A stretch of DNA of 64,000 nt, from positions 64,649-128,648 of the IMG/VR virus record IMGVR_UViG_3300002835_000030. The stretch is one strand, 5' to 3'. Shown piece after piece: positions 38,196 to 50,300 of the stretch. Positions within the stretch are counted from its first letter, which is position 1; every line of letters starts with the position of its first letter. Position numbers and translations under genes: made by a program. Under the pieces are notes generated by a model. The model searched no databases. It was not told where the DNA came from and saw nothing but the letters and a program-made list of their open reading frames with translations. This DNA is from a virus.

Positions 38196-41100
38196 ATGTC
38201 TAAGTCATATAGAATTAAGACAACACCGGGTGAAGACAATGGTTATTTAAAGGTTAATGTTGATCTTAATCAAAACTATGATCACTTAGAAATATTAAGT
38301 TTAAAAATATCTCAAAAAGACGATTACCAAAACTTCTGCGCCGATTATGGTGTTGTTGCGGGTAGGGTTATAGTAAATGGTGGTTTTGGTGTCCCTAATG
38401 TTAAAGTATCTATATTTGTACCTGTAGAAGATTCGGATTTACAAGACCCCATAAAATCATCTATATACCCATATACAGAACCATTTACTAATCAAAAGAA
38501 CTCTAATGGTTTAAGATATAATGTTTTACCTAAAAACCAACAGAAATTAGATCATACACCTGTCGGTACATTCCCTAAAAAGAGAGAAATATTAGACGAT
38601 AGAACTACTTTAGAAATTTACGAAAAATATTATAAGTATACTACTACAACTAACGAATCAGGTGATTATATTTTATTTGGTGTACCTGTAGGTGAACACT
38701 TCTTACATTATGATATGGATGTTAGTGACATTGGTTTTATTTCTGCAAGACCTTTTGAGTTAATCGATCAAGGGTATAGTGATAATCTTTTTAAGAGTAA
38801 ATTCAAATTTAAAGGATCAAATAATTTAGACAGTCTCCCACAAATATTCTCAGAAAACATCCCAATATCGGTTGAACCTTATTGGTGTGATAGCTTAAGT
38901 GTTGGTAGTGCATTAGGAATTAATAGATATGACATTGAACCTAATTTTGAGGTTGTACCTACCTCTATTTTTATGGGGAGTATTTTTTCTGATGATGAAA
39001 AAGATTCTTTAAATAAAAATTGTAAACCCGCCAGAGAGATGGGTAAACTTAATGAGGTTATTACTGGTGGTGGTAAGTTAGAGGCGATAAGGAGAACTGT
39101 TGACGGAAATGTAGAAGTATTTAATTTTAAAGAAGACTCAATAGATGATAATGGTAACTGGTCGATTTTAGTTCCTATGAACTTAAGGAAAGTAGTTACT
39201 GATGAATTTGGTAATTTAGTACCTTCACCTGATGGGGTTAAAGGGATTGCAACTGAAGGTGATTATAGATTTAGAATATCTATGGATGCAACATCCAATG
39301 ATAAAAAACTTAGAGAAAGGGCGAAATATCTAGTTCCTAATACAAACAACAACTTCAATTTTGGTGAATACACACAAAAACAACTTAAGGGAAAACAAAT
39401 ATTCACTAAAAACGAACAACTTAGTGATATAACTATAGGTACACCTTATGAAGATGATGTTACTAATCAATATAACTACTTAGAAGAATTTTTCCCATTT
39501 AGATGGAAAAAAGTATATACCGTAAAACAGTATATAGGTAGAATGCAAAAAATCAAAAATGATGAGGCGAGAGGTTTTATTGGTATAAAGGACATTATAA
39601 ACGCTGAAGGTGTAAATAAATTCCCAACCAATAGAATAGACACTAATTTTAATCCGTTATATACGATAATATGTTTATTATTAACATTTTTTGCGGTAGT
39701 TGTAGGGTTTATTAATGGTATTTTGAATGTTATCAATGGTTTAATTACTGCAATATGTAATATTAAATTACCTGTGGGGATTTGTATTATATCTAACAAA
39801 GGTAGTCGGGCTAGATTTCAAGTCCAAACACAGGCATGGGATGCGGGTGATGGTTGTTGGAAAGAACAAAAAGATGATGGTGACCCTAAAACAACTGCGG
39901 ATTGTGATAGTATTAGAACAAACAACGATGGAAATTTAGGTGGTTTAATTTCTGGTGGTGAAAACCCATATAGTTCTTGTATTGATGTTAATAATAGATC
40001 TATACCACCTAGTGATGAAAATTCGGGTAGTTGTGAATATATTAATTATGATGATATGGCGGGTCCTGCTTCCGGAACAATACCGTCAGTCATTGATGCG
40101 GTAAATAGTGTTAATAATCCGGGCACTGGCCCTGTACAAACTCCACCAGATACAGACGTTACCGATTGGTATTATAATTATGGTTCATGTGCGACTTTAC
40201 CTGCTGCTGGATGTAGAAGATATAGGGTAGGAGATGGAATCAATTGGTATGGTGGATTAGAATGTGATGAATGTAACTTAACTCAACCATGTCCAGAAGG
40301 TGGTGTTAAGATATTTGGTAATTGTATAACTTTTAAACTTAAATGTATATTTGGGGGAATATTATGTAAGAAATGTAAAGATGTCTGTGGTTTAAATCAA
40401 CACAGTTGTTGTTCTAATCCTGAATATGGTTGTCCAGATAATGGTTCCGTATGTGGAAGTGAATCCGAATGTTGTACTAAATGTTGTGCGAAAATCCCAT
40501 TAATTCCATTAAAATGCTCGGATGAAGGTAAAGAATATAGGTTATCATTAATTAAAACACCTTTTGGGGCTGATTTAGGATGTAACGCGACTTATGTTAA
40601 ATTAGGTAGTTGTGTAAATTGTGGTGGTACACAAACGCCTGGAATAAAAGACTGGGTTTCATGTGTAATGGAACCTGTGGCGGTGTTCTTAAGAATGTTG
40701 AAATTTGATTTCTATAATGATTGGGTTGGTGGTTCACTTTATTTTCCTTTAATAAAAAGAACATATAAATTAAAAAAGTCCAAAAGAAAATTTGGTCAAA
40801 TAAAAAAGGATAAGTTTTGTGATTTTGAATGTAGAGAAAGAGGTAACGATAGTAATTTTCAAGGTAACCCAACATATAAACAATGGAGAATAAAAATACC
40901 ATCTATTATATTTAGTAATCCATCTATAACAGTTGGTGGGTGTACTGCAAAAATTAAAGGCAATAGGGTGACTGATTGGTATGGTACGCAGGAAAATGAC
41001 TTAGAGATACCTAATTTAGATCTGGCAGTAAAAGAGTTAGAATTTAATGGTACTAACCAATCCTTTGATGGGTGTAAAATTGTTTTTGAAAATTTCTCTT

Positions 41101-42689
41101 CTTTTCAAGAAACATTTAATTTACAGGAAATACCATTTATTGTTAAAGATAGAGATGTTGAGGGTGATCATGGTAAACCTGAATATGTGGAAACGGAGGA
41201 CACTAATGGATTTTCTACATGGGATAATATTGGTGGACATGGACACCATAGGAATATATGTGATAATACTAGAATGGTGGAGAGAAAGGAATATTTTAAA
41301 AATTCATTAGATTGTGTACCTGACGCTTCATTTGTCCCACCAGCAGAATTTATTGAGGACGACTTTTTTGGTGATATTGAAGAACCAATATCTGAATCCG
41401 ACACTTCATCGAGTTTAGAATGTGAAACTTATGGTTGTACACCTGATTGTGGTACAAATGGTGTTAGACCTTGTGTGTATCCAGAAAGTGAGTATGATAA
41501 TTATGTTGGTATTGTAAAACATGGTTTGGTAAGTTGGAATGAGGGGGATATTTACTATACACCTTATATACCTAATGATGATGTAAAATATAATAATATA
41601 GAATATAAGGCCAATTTAATGTTACCTACAACCATAATGGAGTTAGGTAGTAGTGTTTACTGTGATATTGATGATGTACCATTCATTATGGATCAATTAC
41701 CTCCCACAACATTTAATGTTAGCTATGAAGATATTAAATATAAGTTCGAAAATTCCTTTGAATCTTATAGTGGGTTAGAAGGTTTGGGAATTAAAAAAAC
41801 TATTAAGGAGTATGACGATAGAAAAGACATTTCATTAAATTTAAGGGCATATGTGGAATTTTCTTGTACTAGTACTGTTTGTTCTAATATTGCTGCGACA
41901 GTAAATCAATCACAAATTGGTGTTGAGATTATCGATAAAAATGATATTGGTATAGAAATAGGTAGTTGTTTTTTAAGATTTAATCACGATGAAGACATTA
42001 GAAATTACTTCTGTAGGAGATTTAATGGGTATAAAGGTGATGATTTAAGTTTTCACCACCAAAAACCAGGAAGTCTTCAGTTTGAGAATGAGTACAACAC
42101 CTATCCTGAAATAACATTATCAGATGGAACAAATTTATATTACCAACTACCTGCGGAAGATGGTGATGAAATTGTTTATTCAGAATATAATGATGGGGAT
42201 TCTTTTATTCCGGGTGATGGGTGTGGATATGTCGGGTCAAAGTCTAATGGGGAGACTGATTACTTTTATGGTTTAGCACCAGGACAAACTTCAGGATTTA
42301 TCCCTTATCCTAATGGGGCTAGTACTATAGATTTTGGGCAAACCGCACAGGTAGATAATATAGATGAAATATTTGATGGTAATTCGTTAAATAATGATTT
42401 AAATAATGGGAGTAAGGCGATTAAAGGTGTTAAATTCAATAGAACTCAAACACCTTATTATTTATATTTTGGTTTGGTTCCGGGAAAAACTGCAATACAT
42501 AAAACAGTGTCCAATTTCTTTGCAGATAAGATTGATGCCGTTACTTTACAGGGGTTAGGGGTTAGTAATGACTCTGTGGAAGAAAATATTAATAATACAC
42601 CAAACATCAATAATGGGGTAGATAATCCATTTACAATATATAAAACTTGTTTAGGTGAAACATTGATTGAAAAAGTGAAAGTACAATAA
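38196..42689 (+). CDS. Large structural-operon protein: transthyretin/carboxypeptidase-regulatory-like N-terminus, transmembrane segment, Cys-rich region
   Basis: GVVAGRV....G.GVPN.KVSIF, TTN.SGDY..FGVP.G; hydrophobic helix at ~39660-39770; dense Cys region. Confidence 0.55.
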   Translation: MSKSYRIKTTPGEDNGYLKVNVDLNQNYDHLEILSLKISQKDDYQNFCADYGVVAGRVIVNGGFGVPNVKVSIFVPVEDSDLQDPIKSSIYPYTEPFTNQKNSNGLRYNVLPKNQQKLDHTPVGTFPKKREILDDRTTLEIYEKYYKYTTTTNESGDYILFGVPVGEHFLHYDMDVSDIGFISARPFELIDQGYSDNLFKSKFKFKGSNNLDSLPQIFSENIPISVEPYWCDSLSVGSALGINRYDIEPNFEVVPTSIFMGSIFSDDEKDSLNKNCKPAREMGKLNEVITGGGKLEAIRRTVDGNVEVFNFKEDSIDDNGNWSILVPMNLRKVVTDEFGNLVPSPDGVKGIATEGDYRFRISMDATSNDKKLRERAKYLVPNTNNNFNFGEYTQKQLKGKQIFTKNEQLSDITIGTPYEDDVTNQYNYLEEFFPFRWKKVYTVKQYIGRMQKIKNDEARGFIGIKDIINAEGVNKFPTNRIDTNFNPLYTIICLLLTFFAVVVGFINGILNVINGLITAICNIKLPVGICIISNKGSRARFQVQTQAWDAGDGCWKEQKDDGDPKTTADCDSIRTNNDGNLGGLISGGENPYSSCIDVNNRSIPPSDENSGSCEYINYDDMAGPASGTIPSVIDAVNSVNNPGTGPVQTPPDTDVTDWYYNYGSCATLPAAGCRRYRVGDGINWYGGLECDECNLTQPCPEGGVKIFGNCITFKLKCIFGGILCKKCKDVCGLNQHSCCSNPEYGCPDNGSVCGSESECCTKCCAKIPLIPLKCSDEGKEYRLSLIKTPFGADLGCNATYVKLGSCVNCGGTQTPGIKDWVSCVMEPVAVFLRMLKFDFYNDWVGGSLYFPLIKRTYKLKKSKRKFGQIKKDKFCDFECRERGNDSNFQGNPTYKQWRIKIPSIIFSNPSITVGGCTAKIKGNRVTDWYGTQENDLEIPNLDLAVKELEFNGTNQSFDGCKIVFENFSSFQETFNLQEIPFIVKDRDVEGDHGKPEYVETEDTNGFSTWDNIGGHGHHRNICDNTRMVERKEYFKNSLDCVPDASFVPPAEFIEDDFFGDIEEPISESDTSSSLECETYGCTPDCGTNGVRPCVYPESEYDNYVGIVKHGLVSWNEGDIYYTPYIPNDDVKYNNIEYKANLMLPTTIMELGSSVYCDIDDVPFIMDQLPPTTFNVSYEDIKYKFENSFESYSGLEGLGIKKTIKEYDDRKDISLNLRAYVEFSCTSTVCSNIAATVNQSQIGVEIIDKNDIGIEIGSCFLRFNHDEDIRNYFCRRFNGYKGDDLSFHHQKPGSLQFENEYNTYPEITLSDGTNLYYQLPAEDGDEIVYSEYNDGDSFIPGDGCGYVGSKSNGETDYFYGLAPGQTSGFIPYPNGASTIDFGQTAQVDNIDEIFDGNSLNNDLNNGSKAIKGVKFNRTQTPYYLYFGLVPGKTAIHKTVSNFFADKIDAVTLQGLGVSNDSVEENINNTPNINNGVDNPFTIYKTCLGETLIEKVKVQ

Positions 42690-42693
42690 TATA

Positions 42694-44706
42694 ATGGAGA
42701 ATACAAATAAAATATTATTAAATAGTGTAAAGTTACCTGACAATGTTAATGTAACTACACAGATACAATTAGGTTTAGAAAATACCAATAAACCTATACC
42801 TTTAAATGATATTGAGACTACCGTTAGTCAATTTGAACAGTTCGAAAAAGAAAGAAAGGAAAGTACTATATATAGATTTTATGGTGTGATTAAACCTATT
42901 ATTAGTAACCCCATATTCAATGAAAATGTTAAAATTTACGAAGACAACCAAAACAATATAAAAACCAAAACAATTTTAAGTGCGGGTATTTTTGAAAAAG
43001 ACGGTTGGGTAGGATATTATAATGATGAACCTGATGAAGATGCGATACAATTTAACGACAATAAAAGTGCATTATGTAATTTTTTCCCATTTGATCCAGG
43101 ATACGATAGATTAAGAATGTTAGATAGTGATGGTAAACAAAACTATCTTCTAAAGATTACATATCCTTTTGAAAATAAAGATATAGAAATAGTTAAAAAT
43201 AATTTAGGGGTGACATTAAAGGATGGTATTCCTGTTATTGAAAAGTTTGAGGTTGAGATTAATGGAAGAATGTATGTTGGGTTTAGAACTCCAATGAATC
43301 ATGGTTTAAATCAGGGAGATAGGGTACAACTAAATAATTTTATTGATTTAACTCCAAGTAACACACTTAATTTAAACGACAAATTTTATAGAGTATTTAA
43401 ATTAGGTAATCAAACTAATAATAAAAAACTAAGAACTTTTATCATTGATGTTAATCCATCAGATATTAATTTTAACATTGGGACATCGACAGTAAAAAGA
43501 GTAATAAAAGAAAAACCATCACAATACTATGTAAGGAGATATAAATCTCTAACTATAGATTATAAAGACTATGATATTTATCCTGCGGCGTATGGTGTGA
43601 CATATTTTAATGATGATGTTGCTGCGTTTAATTTTAAGACTGATATTGACGTAAAAGGACTTATAGATAATTTAGGTAGACCATTAAGTGAATTATATCT
43701 AACAATTATAAAAAATGACAATGATAGTGATCCAACATCTATTAACTCACAGTATTGGTTAGAACAACAACAAAATTTAAGTAGTACAATTAATACGAGA
43801 TTTTGGACACCAATATCGGGTGGTTATGAGTTAGAAAATGATGTAAATGTTAATTATAATATACGTTCTTATAAAGACCCTAACTATGTCGGTTCGTTAT
43901 ATTTTGAAAATATAGATGAGTCTGATGAGTTTTTTGATGGTGACATTGTAGAATACAATGAAAATGAATTATTAGAAAGAAGACTAGAATTAGTTTATCA
44001 TAGAATTAATACGACATATAGAGAGTATTTAAATTCTATCGATAGTGAAAAAGAGAATAAAAATGAGGGTTATATCTATACACCATTTAATTTAATACAA
44101 ATAAGAGAATACTCAAACTACATAAACCCAATAGTAAATTTACAAACAGTAATTGATAAATTTAACATTACAAACCCAATAGAGATAGTGGAATTAAGGA
44201 AATCATTTCAGATACCTGATTACGCTACTGAGATTGTAGATAATGTATATAAATGGAGAGATTTATTAGACATTGGGATTATAGATGGTGGTGGAGGAGG
44301 TGTGAACTACCCTTTTGAAAGTGGTGCACATTATATATATTTAGACAAACGTTTTTATTTAGAAAGACAAGATCCGCCATGTGATTTTTTATTAATATCT
44401 GAAGATATTACATTGGGTGCGTCTGATGTTGGTAATGTACAACAAAATAAATTTTTAAAACTTTTAAGTGCCCCAACCTTTTTGAGGTACACTTTTGTTA
44501 GTGGGCCACAAATATCTGCATTAATTGGTAATAGTGGTACAGATGGAGTGTTTAACATTGTTAATTATAATGGGTTATCAGATTTAAATTTAGAAGTTAC
44601 ATTGGTGGATTATAGTGGTGAATATGAATTAGGTAAGAGAGATGTTGGTGGCAGTTGTGTTGATTTCTCTACGTTAGATCAAAATGAAATAGACGATGAT
44701 TGTTGA
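42694..44706 (+). CDS. Putative structural protein
   Basis: 670 aa; F.KER..S..YR.YG, DNLGRPLSELY, WRDLLD.G; within the baseplate operon. Confidence 0.5.
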   Translation: MENTNKILLNSVKLPDNVNVTTQIQLGLENTNKPIPLNDIETTVSQFEQFEKERKESTIYRFYGVIKPIISNPIFNENVKIYEDNQNNIKTKTILSAGIFEKDGWVGYYNDEPDEDAIQFNDNKSALCNFFPFDPGYDRLRMLDSDGKQNYLLKITYPFENKDIEIVKNNLGVTLKDGIPVIEKFEVEINGRMYVGFRTPMNHGLNQGDRVQLNNFIDLTPSNTLNLNDKFYRVFKLGNQTNNKKLRTFIIDVNPSDINFNIGTSTVKRVIKEKPSQYYVRRYKSLTIDYKDYDIYPAAYGVTYFNDDVAAFNFKTDIDVKGLIDNLGRPLSELYLTIIKNDNDSDPTSINSQYWLEQQQNLSSTINTRFWTPISGGYELENDVNVNYNIRSYKDPNYVGSLYFENIDESDEFFDGDIVEYNENELLERRLELVYHRINTTYREYLNSIDSEKENKNEGYIYTPFNLIQIREYSNYINPIVNLQTVIDKFNITNPIEIVELRKSFQIPDYATEIVDNVYKWRDLLDIGIIDGGGGGVNYPFESGAHYIYLDKRFYLERQDPPCDFLLISEDITLGASDVGNVQQNKFLKLLSAPTFLRYTFVSGPQISALIGNSGTDGVFNIVNYNGLSDLNLEVTLVDYSGEYELGKRDVGGSCVDFSTLDQNEIDDDC

Positions 44707-45580
44707 TAGAAGAAAGATATTGATTGGTAATATAGGTTCGGGAACTACAATAAATATTTCCTTAAAAACTAATTTTTTTCCCGTAGATAATGCGGAATTG
44801 ATAGAAGACAAATTTGTTAAAGACGAAATTGAAAGATCGATAAACCCTATTGTGGATTATAAAAAAGTGATATTTAAACCCGCGGACAATAATTGGAATA
44901 TTATAAATAAATTTAAGATAAACCTTAATTTCTACACACCTGCGAGTATTAATTTAGGATCACCTCAACATAGAGGTATCGGTGCCGAATCTGGTGTTTA
45001 TGAAGACATAAAATTTACCTTTGATGATATTTTTTGTAGGACAAATAGATTCATAAATAGTTTTATTCGTTTTTCTATATTTGATACTCCTAATAGTGGA
45101 CAAAATGAATTACTAACTTTTTCAGATATATTTACACAAGTTGGTACAGAACAAGAGAATCAGTTTGGGTTCACATTACCTATAAATCAATGTCCTATAA
45201 CATTTATTTTGGGTGATCCTGTAACACAACCTGAAGAAATTCATGAGGGGTTTCATATTTATTGGTTTAAGGATTTAGTAGATAACGCACCGAATCAAGA
45301 ATATGAAGTTTACGGCGTACTACAATTTAATAACGCCTTAAATGGTAGAATTTATGAGTTGGCAGCATCAAAACAATTTGATCCAAATAATTTAACTATA
45401 AGTAATTTAGAGGGTAAGGGAGGAATCCTTTATTTAAAAATAATATTAAAAAATGATAATGGGATATATAAATATAGATTCACGCCCAATACAAAACAAT
45501 TACAAATACCTAGCGGTGTTAATTTAAACCCTAGTGGTGGTGGTATTCCTACCTTAACATTTTGGCAAACTACTATTTAA
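44696..45580 (+). CDS. Putative structural protein
   Basis: 294 aa; overlaps the upstream gene. Confidence 0.5.
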   Translation: MIVDRRKILIGNIGSGTTINISLKTNFFPVDNAELIEDKFVKDEIERSINPIVDYKKVIFKPADNNWNIINKFKINLNFYTPASINLGSPQHRGIGAESGVYEDIKFTFDDIFCRTNRFINSFIRFSIFDTPNSGQNELLTFSDIFTQVGTEQENQFGFTLPINQCPITFILGDPVTQPEEIHEGFHIYWFKDLVDNAPNQEYEVYGVLQFNNALNGRIYELAASKQFDPNNLTISNLEGKGGILYLKIILKNDNGIYKYRFTPNTKQLQIPSGVNLNPSGGGIPTLTFWQTTI

Positions 45581-45598
45581 TGTATTCAAAGATAAGAT

Positions 45599-46474
45599 AT
45601 GACATATATTAGAAAAAAAATAAATTTAGAAAATTTTACTGTTAGAACAATACCGAAAAGTGTTCTAATAAAAAACTCTGAGGGTAAAACTATTATTGAT
45701 GAGGATAACCCTAAATACTATTATGGTAAAATACCAGAATATAAAATAGATAGTGAGGGTAATTTTAAGTTAAACTTATTAGGACAAAAAATAGTTAATA
45801 CAATAGACATTAGTTTATTCATAACTCAAAAAATTGACGATATGGGTATTTTCACTGATAAACCATTCGTACCCAAAGATACATTACTAATAAATAAACC
45901 ACAAGAATTTAATTCATTTACTTATGGTAGATTGGCAGGTGCACCTATAGAATTTTATTATAAAGATAATATTAGTATAACAGGGTATACGGACGATAGT
46001 TTATTGGGTCAAGTTAAATCATATCGAAAAGATCTTTCTGGTGATGATATATATGTGACTAATCTTAATACTTCTGATGATGCTAAAAATATTTTTAACG
46101 GTGTTATTTCTGAAGATACAGAAAAAACTATTTACAAAATTGGTGCAAATGTTAATGATAAAAATAATACAGGTATAAAATACACCACATTTAAAAATAA
46201 GTATACTAAAAAAGTTGATGAGTTCGATAAAAATTCATCTTATAAAACTACAATTTTTGAAACAGGTAATGGTGGATGGAATGAATTTAATACCTCATTA
46301 AGTGCGACAATAAAAAAAGAAGAATATTTAGGTGTTGTTTTTAAACCAGAAGTTGAGAGTGTAGTATTTATTAATAGAGGAATCGCTGATATATTTGAAA
46401 GACATTCATTATTGTCAGAAATAAAAACAACTAATGATATTGACACAAATAGAGGTGGATTTATAAGAATTTAA
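45599..46474 (+). CDS. Putative structural protein
   Basis: 291 aa; PEV.S.VFI.RG....FERH..L.EI C-terminal motif. Confidence 0.5.
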   Translation: MTYIRKKINLENFTVRTIPKSVLIKNSEGKTIIDEDNPKYYYGKIPEYKIDSEGNFKLNLLGQKIVNTIDISLFITQKIDDMGIFTDKPFVPKDTLLINKPQEFNSFTYGRLAGAPIEFYYKDNISITGYTDDSLLGQVKSYRKDLSGDDIYVTNLNTSDDAKNIFNGVISEDTEKTIYKIGANVNDKNNTGIKYTTFKNKYTKKVDEFDKNSSYKTTIFETGNGGWNEFNTSLSATIKKEEYLGVVFKPEVESVVFINRGIADIFERHSLLSEIKTTNDIDTNRGGFIRI

Positions 46475-46485
46475 AAAAAAAAGTT

Positions 46486-47388
46486 ATGGCAAGTGGTAAT
46501 TACGGAACAATAAGACCAGCAGATGTATCAATAAATGATGTTGAGATATTTTATAGTTACACCCCTAATAGGGAATTAGTGGTGGATGTACAATTAATCC
46601 CTTTAAACCCCGCAGAGGTATTAATACCAGCGTCTAATCCAAGTAATATCAATGAAATATTTGGTGGGTTGTACACACTAAAATTACCGACTAATGTTTT
46701 TGGGGCAAAAGGATTTTTTAATATAATAATTAGACCTAGACAAATTAGAACTACAATACAAGACTGTAGCGTTTTAATCGATAATCAAGATGTAAAAGGA
46801 ATTGTATTCGACATTAACCAAATACCGTTAGATTTACAAAATAGATTTGAAAATGGTAATTTAGTTGGATATAGAGTTGAATACCTTAAAGAAGAAACTG
46901 GAACAGGACAAGATAAAATACAAAATTTATTTAGAATCATTACCTCGAACAATAGGGCATTACCTGTTACACAAAATCAAGGAAACTCTAATGCGTCTGT
47001 TGCGTATACATTTAATGATAACTCGACAAGTGTTTTTTGTACGGTATCGCCTTCATCGGCACCATCAATAAAACCTAATGCAATACCATTCATTGGTAAC
47101 CCACAACAAGAAGTTATTATTACAAATACATTTTTCGATCCTGTAATGTTAGAAATTGAAATGGTAGAGTTCGATGATGAAACTTTAGCGTATGCATTAT
47201 TCTCTAACCAAACAAAATCTTTAGAAGATGGTATTTATACTATATACAACTTTGGTAACCAAATATACCGCCAATATAACTTATATGAAGTTAAAGATCA
47301 GTTTTCTGGTAAACCATTGTTTGAGGTTAGGGAACAGAAATTTACTATTGATCCAACTAAAGATTTTGATGATATAACTAATTTTTAA
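46486..47388 (+). CDS. Putative structural protein
   Basis: 300 aa; YG..RPADV, GLY.LKLP...F...G, YNLYE.KD. Confidence 0.5.
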   Translation: MASGNYGTIRPADVSINDVEIFYSYTPNRELVVDVQLIPLNPAEVLIPASNPSNINEIFGGLYTLKLPTNVFGAKGFFNIIIRPRQIRTTIQDCSVLIDNQDVKGIVFDINQIPLDLQNRFENGNLVGYRVEYLKEETGTGQDKIQNLFRIITSNNRALPVTQNQGNSNASVAYTFNDNSTSVFCTVSPSSAPSIKPNAIPFIGNPQQEVIITNTFFDPVMLEIEMVEFDDETLAYALFSNQTKSLEDGIYTIYNFGNQIYRQYNLYEVKDQFSGKPLFEVREQKFTIDPTKDFDDITNF

Positions 47389-47395
47389 AACGTAA

Positions 47396-50300
47396 ATGGC
47401 GAAAAATAATAGAATAAAAATTGCGGGATACGCAAAAAGAATATTTTTCAATGACAACATTGAGTATAGAAACTTTAGTCCTGATTTAGTAGGTTTCCAA
47501 CTTACTAGTAATGGGGGTACTACACTATTTACTAATGGTAATTTTTCTATATCAATTAATTTAGATCCAAAACCGAATGTTTTATTTACGCAAAGTACTA
47601 AATCTAAATTCTACACATTAGATGATATTATCACATCTGGTAATACACAATTAGACATTCAAAACAACGTTAAGGCAAAACTTAACATTGATATTACGAA
47701 TCCTTTGAGTTATATATGGTATGGTTCTACTAGTGAGATGATTAGGGCATCTCTATTAGACATTCAAGAGAATTGGCCGGCGGCGATATATGTAGATAAT
47801 AAAGTTGGTAGTGTCACAGGTAATAATATCACAGACTATGTTTATGATATTTCTAGTGACGAGTCTACTTTTAAAGTTAATAGTAATTTCTTTATTAATC
47901 CATATGTTATAAAATATACTGAAGATTCTAAATATGTTGAAACAAATAGTGCGGAAAACCCTTTAAGGAATTTTACATTAAAATATGGTTCATATGTTAT
48001 AGAACACAATGGAATTGTAAAAAATATTAAAAGTATAACACCAGCAACACAAAAAACTAATTCGGAGTTAACTTTGGTTGTTGATGGTAATCCATTTCCT
48101 GAACTTACAGGTATCTATATACCACAATATAGTTTTTTGAGTAACAATATAGATGCGTCTATCCCTTATCTCATCAAACCTAATGAGTCTGAAATTGAGA
48201 AGTTCTTTAGTGGGTTAGATGATTTTCAGAGAACGATATTAAATAGAGAGATTAATCCAATATATAGGGCAGAGATTATTAGTAGTAATTATACCGATGA
48301 TGGCGTATTATTAACTAGTAAAAAAGTATACGATTTTCCCGTAATGGATGATGGGTATAACCTTAATTTCTTCGATACTTTTTATATTTCATATCTTAGT
48401 AAATTAACAAAGTTGGGTGAGGGGTTAGATCAGACAAATACTGATATAATATTTAGAAAATATACTACCGAAGCAATAAATAGTTTCGATACTATGCCTA
48501 AAACAGATGGTGATGATTTAACTTTAAATGGTGAAAAGGCGACTAAATTGATTAGAATATACGGTGTTGAGTTTGATTATCTTAAAAAGTATATTAATGG
48601 TATTAAATTTGCACATGTTGTAACATATAATAAAAGAAATAATCTACCCGATGTTTTAGTGAAAGACCTTGCATTTATGTTAGGGTTAGAACCGATTAAT
48701 TTTATTAGCGATTCGTCATTTTCTAAACTATACTTACCAAGTAATGGCGGTGGAAAATTTAGTGGTACATCGACAAATTTAACTGAAGAACAAATTGATA
48801 ACGAATTATATAGGAGATTGATACTTAATATTGCTTGGTTATGGAAAAGTAAGGGTAGTAGAAAGGCGGTTGAATTTTTATTTAGGTTTATTGGGGCACC
48901 TGAGTCATTAGTTAATTTTAATGAATATATTGTAGTTGTAGATAAACCATTAGACATAGAAGAAATAAAAAGGTTATTATATATTTATACGGGTAAAGTT
49001 GATTTATCTAATATACCTTACGATGATAATGGTTTCCCATTACCACCTGTTAATGGTGAATTAGTAATTAGTAATTTTATTGATACTGAAACGGGCGAAG
49101 TCGTAGAGAATGGTATTACGGAGATGTATTTCCAAAAAGCGGGTGGTTGGTATAGAGAAACTTATGGTAGTAATGTGTTAACAGTTTTAAATGGTAATAA
49201 CCCACATGTTGGACCATATGACGGTGGTAGTGAATACTTACAATATTTTAGTAGATGTTATATACCTAATTTCGATAATGAACCAACTGTAGTAATAACC
49301 GCAGATACCATAAGACAAAACTACTTTGTAAATTATAATTATGGTATTTTTAATGGTATACCTTCAGGAACAACATTTTATACTAACCAACTAACATATA
49401 ACGACAAAACAGGTAAATATCAACCGATAGACAATTGTTTAAATGTTAATTATTCTATTATTGACACACCTTTACAAAACGATGGTAAAACAACCTTACA
49501 ACAGGCATTTGTGCAGGCGGAGGCAGAGTATAACACATTTTTAGAGTTAATCCAAAAAGATAGTTATTTAGTTTATTCACCTGAGTGGCAAGTTATTAAA
49601 AACAATTATGAATTATCATTAAAAAATTGTTTAAATGAAATTTCTACCGAAGATTGTGATACTAATAAAACATTAGAAATATGTTTAAATGAAGTAGAAG
49701 TAGAAACTACTCAATATAGTTGTGATAATCTTTTATTGAAAGAATGTTCTCCATTTTTTTATTATGAAGATGGAAACGGAAATAAAGTTAGTTTTGATAA
49801 ATTCCCACAATGTTGTGAAAATAATAATGGTAATTTTGTATCGTATGTTAATGAATATGGTAGACTTACAGAATATTGTACAACAAAAGCACCATGTATT
49901 GGTAAACCTTTAGAACCATTAGAAAATGGCATAGTGCCATTTTTAATGACTGAGAATGTAGTACCTGATAATATTTTTCAGTTATATGATAGATGTTACC
50001 AATACATTTACGAACAAACAATACCATTATCAGAATTTGAGGTTGTAATTGGTTATACACCACAAGAAATTATTACCTCATTTTTATCGGGAGATTATCA
50101 GATAAGTATGTCTTTTGAAATATTATTTAGAGAAGTTTCATGTGATATCACTTCAGTGGTGAGTAGTCCTGAGTGTTGTGCCTATTATGGGATGAACTAT
50201 ACCATTGTTATCGATGGTGAAAAAGAATATATAGTATGTTTGAAAAATAATTTGAATGGTTTAAGTGATGAACAGGTTCCCCAATTTATTTTACAGAATA

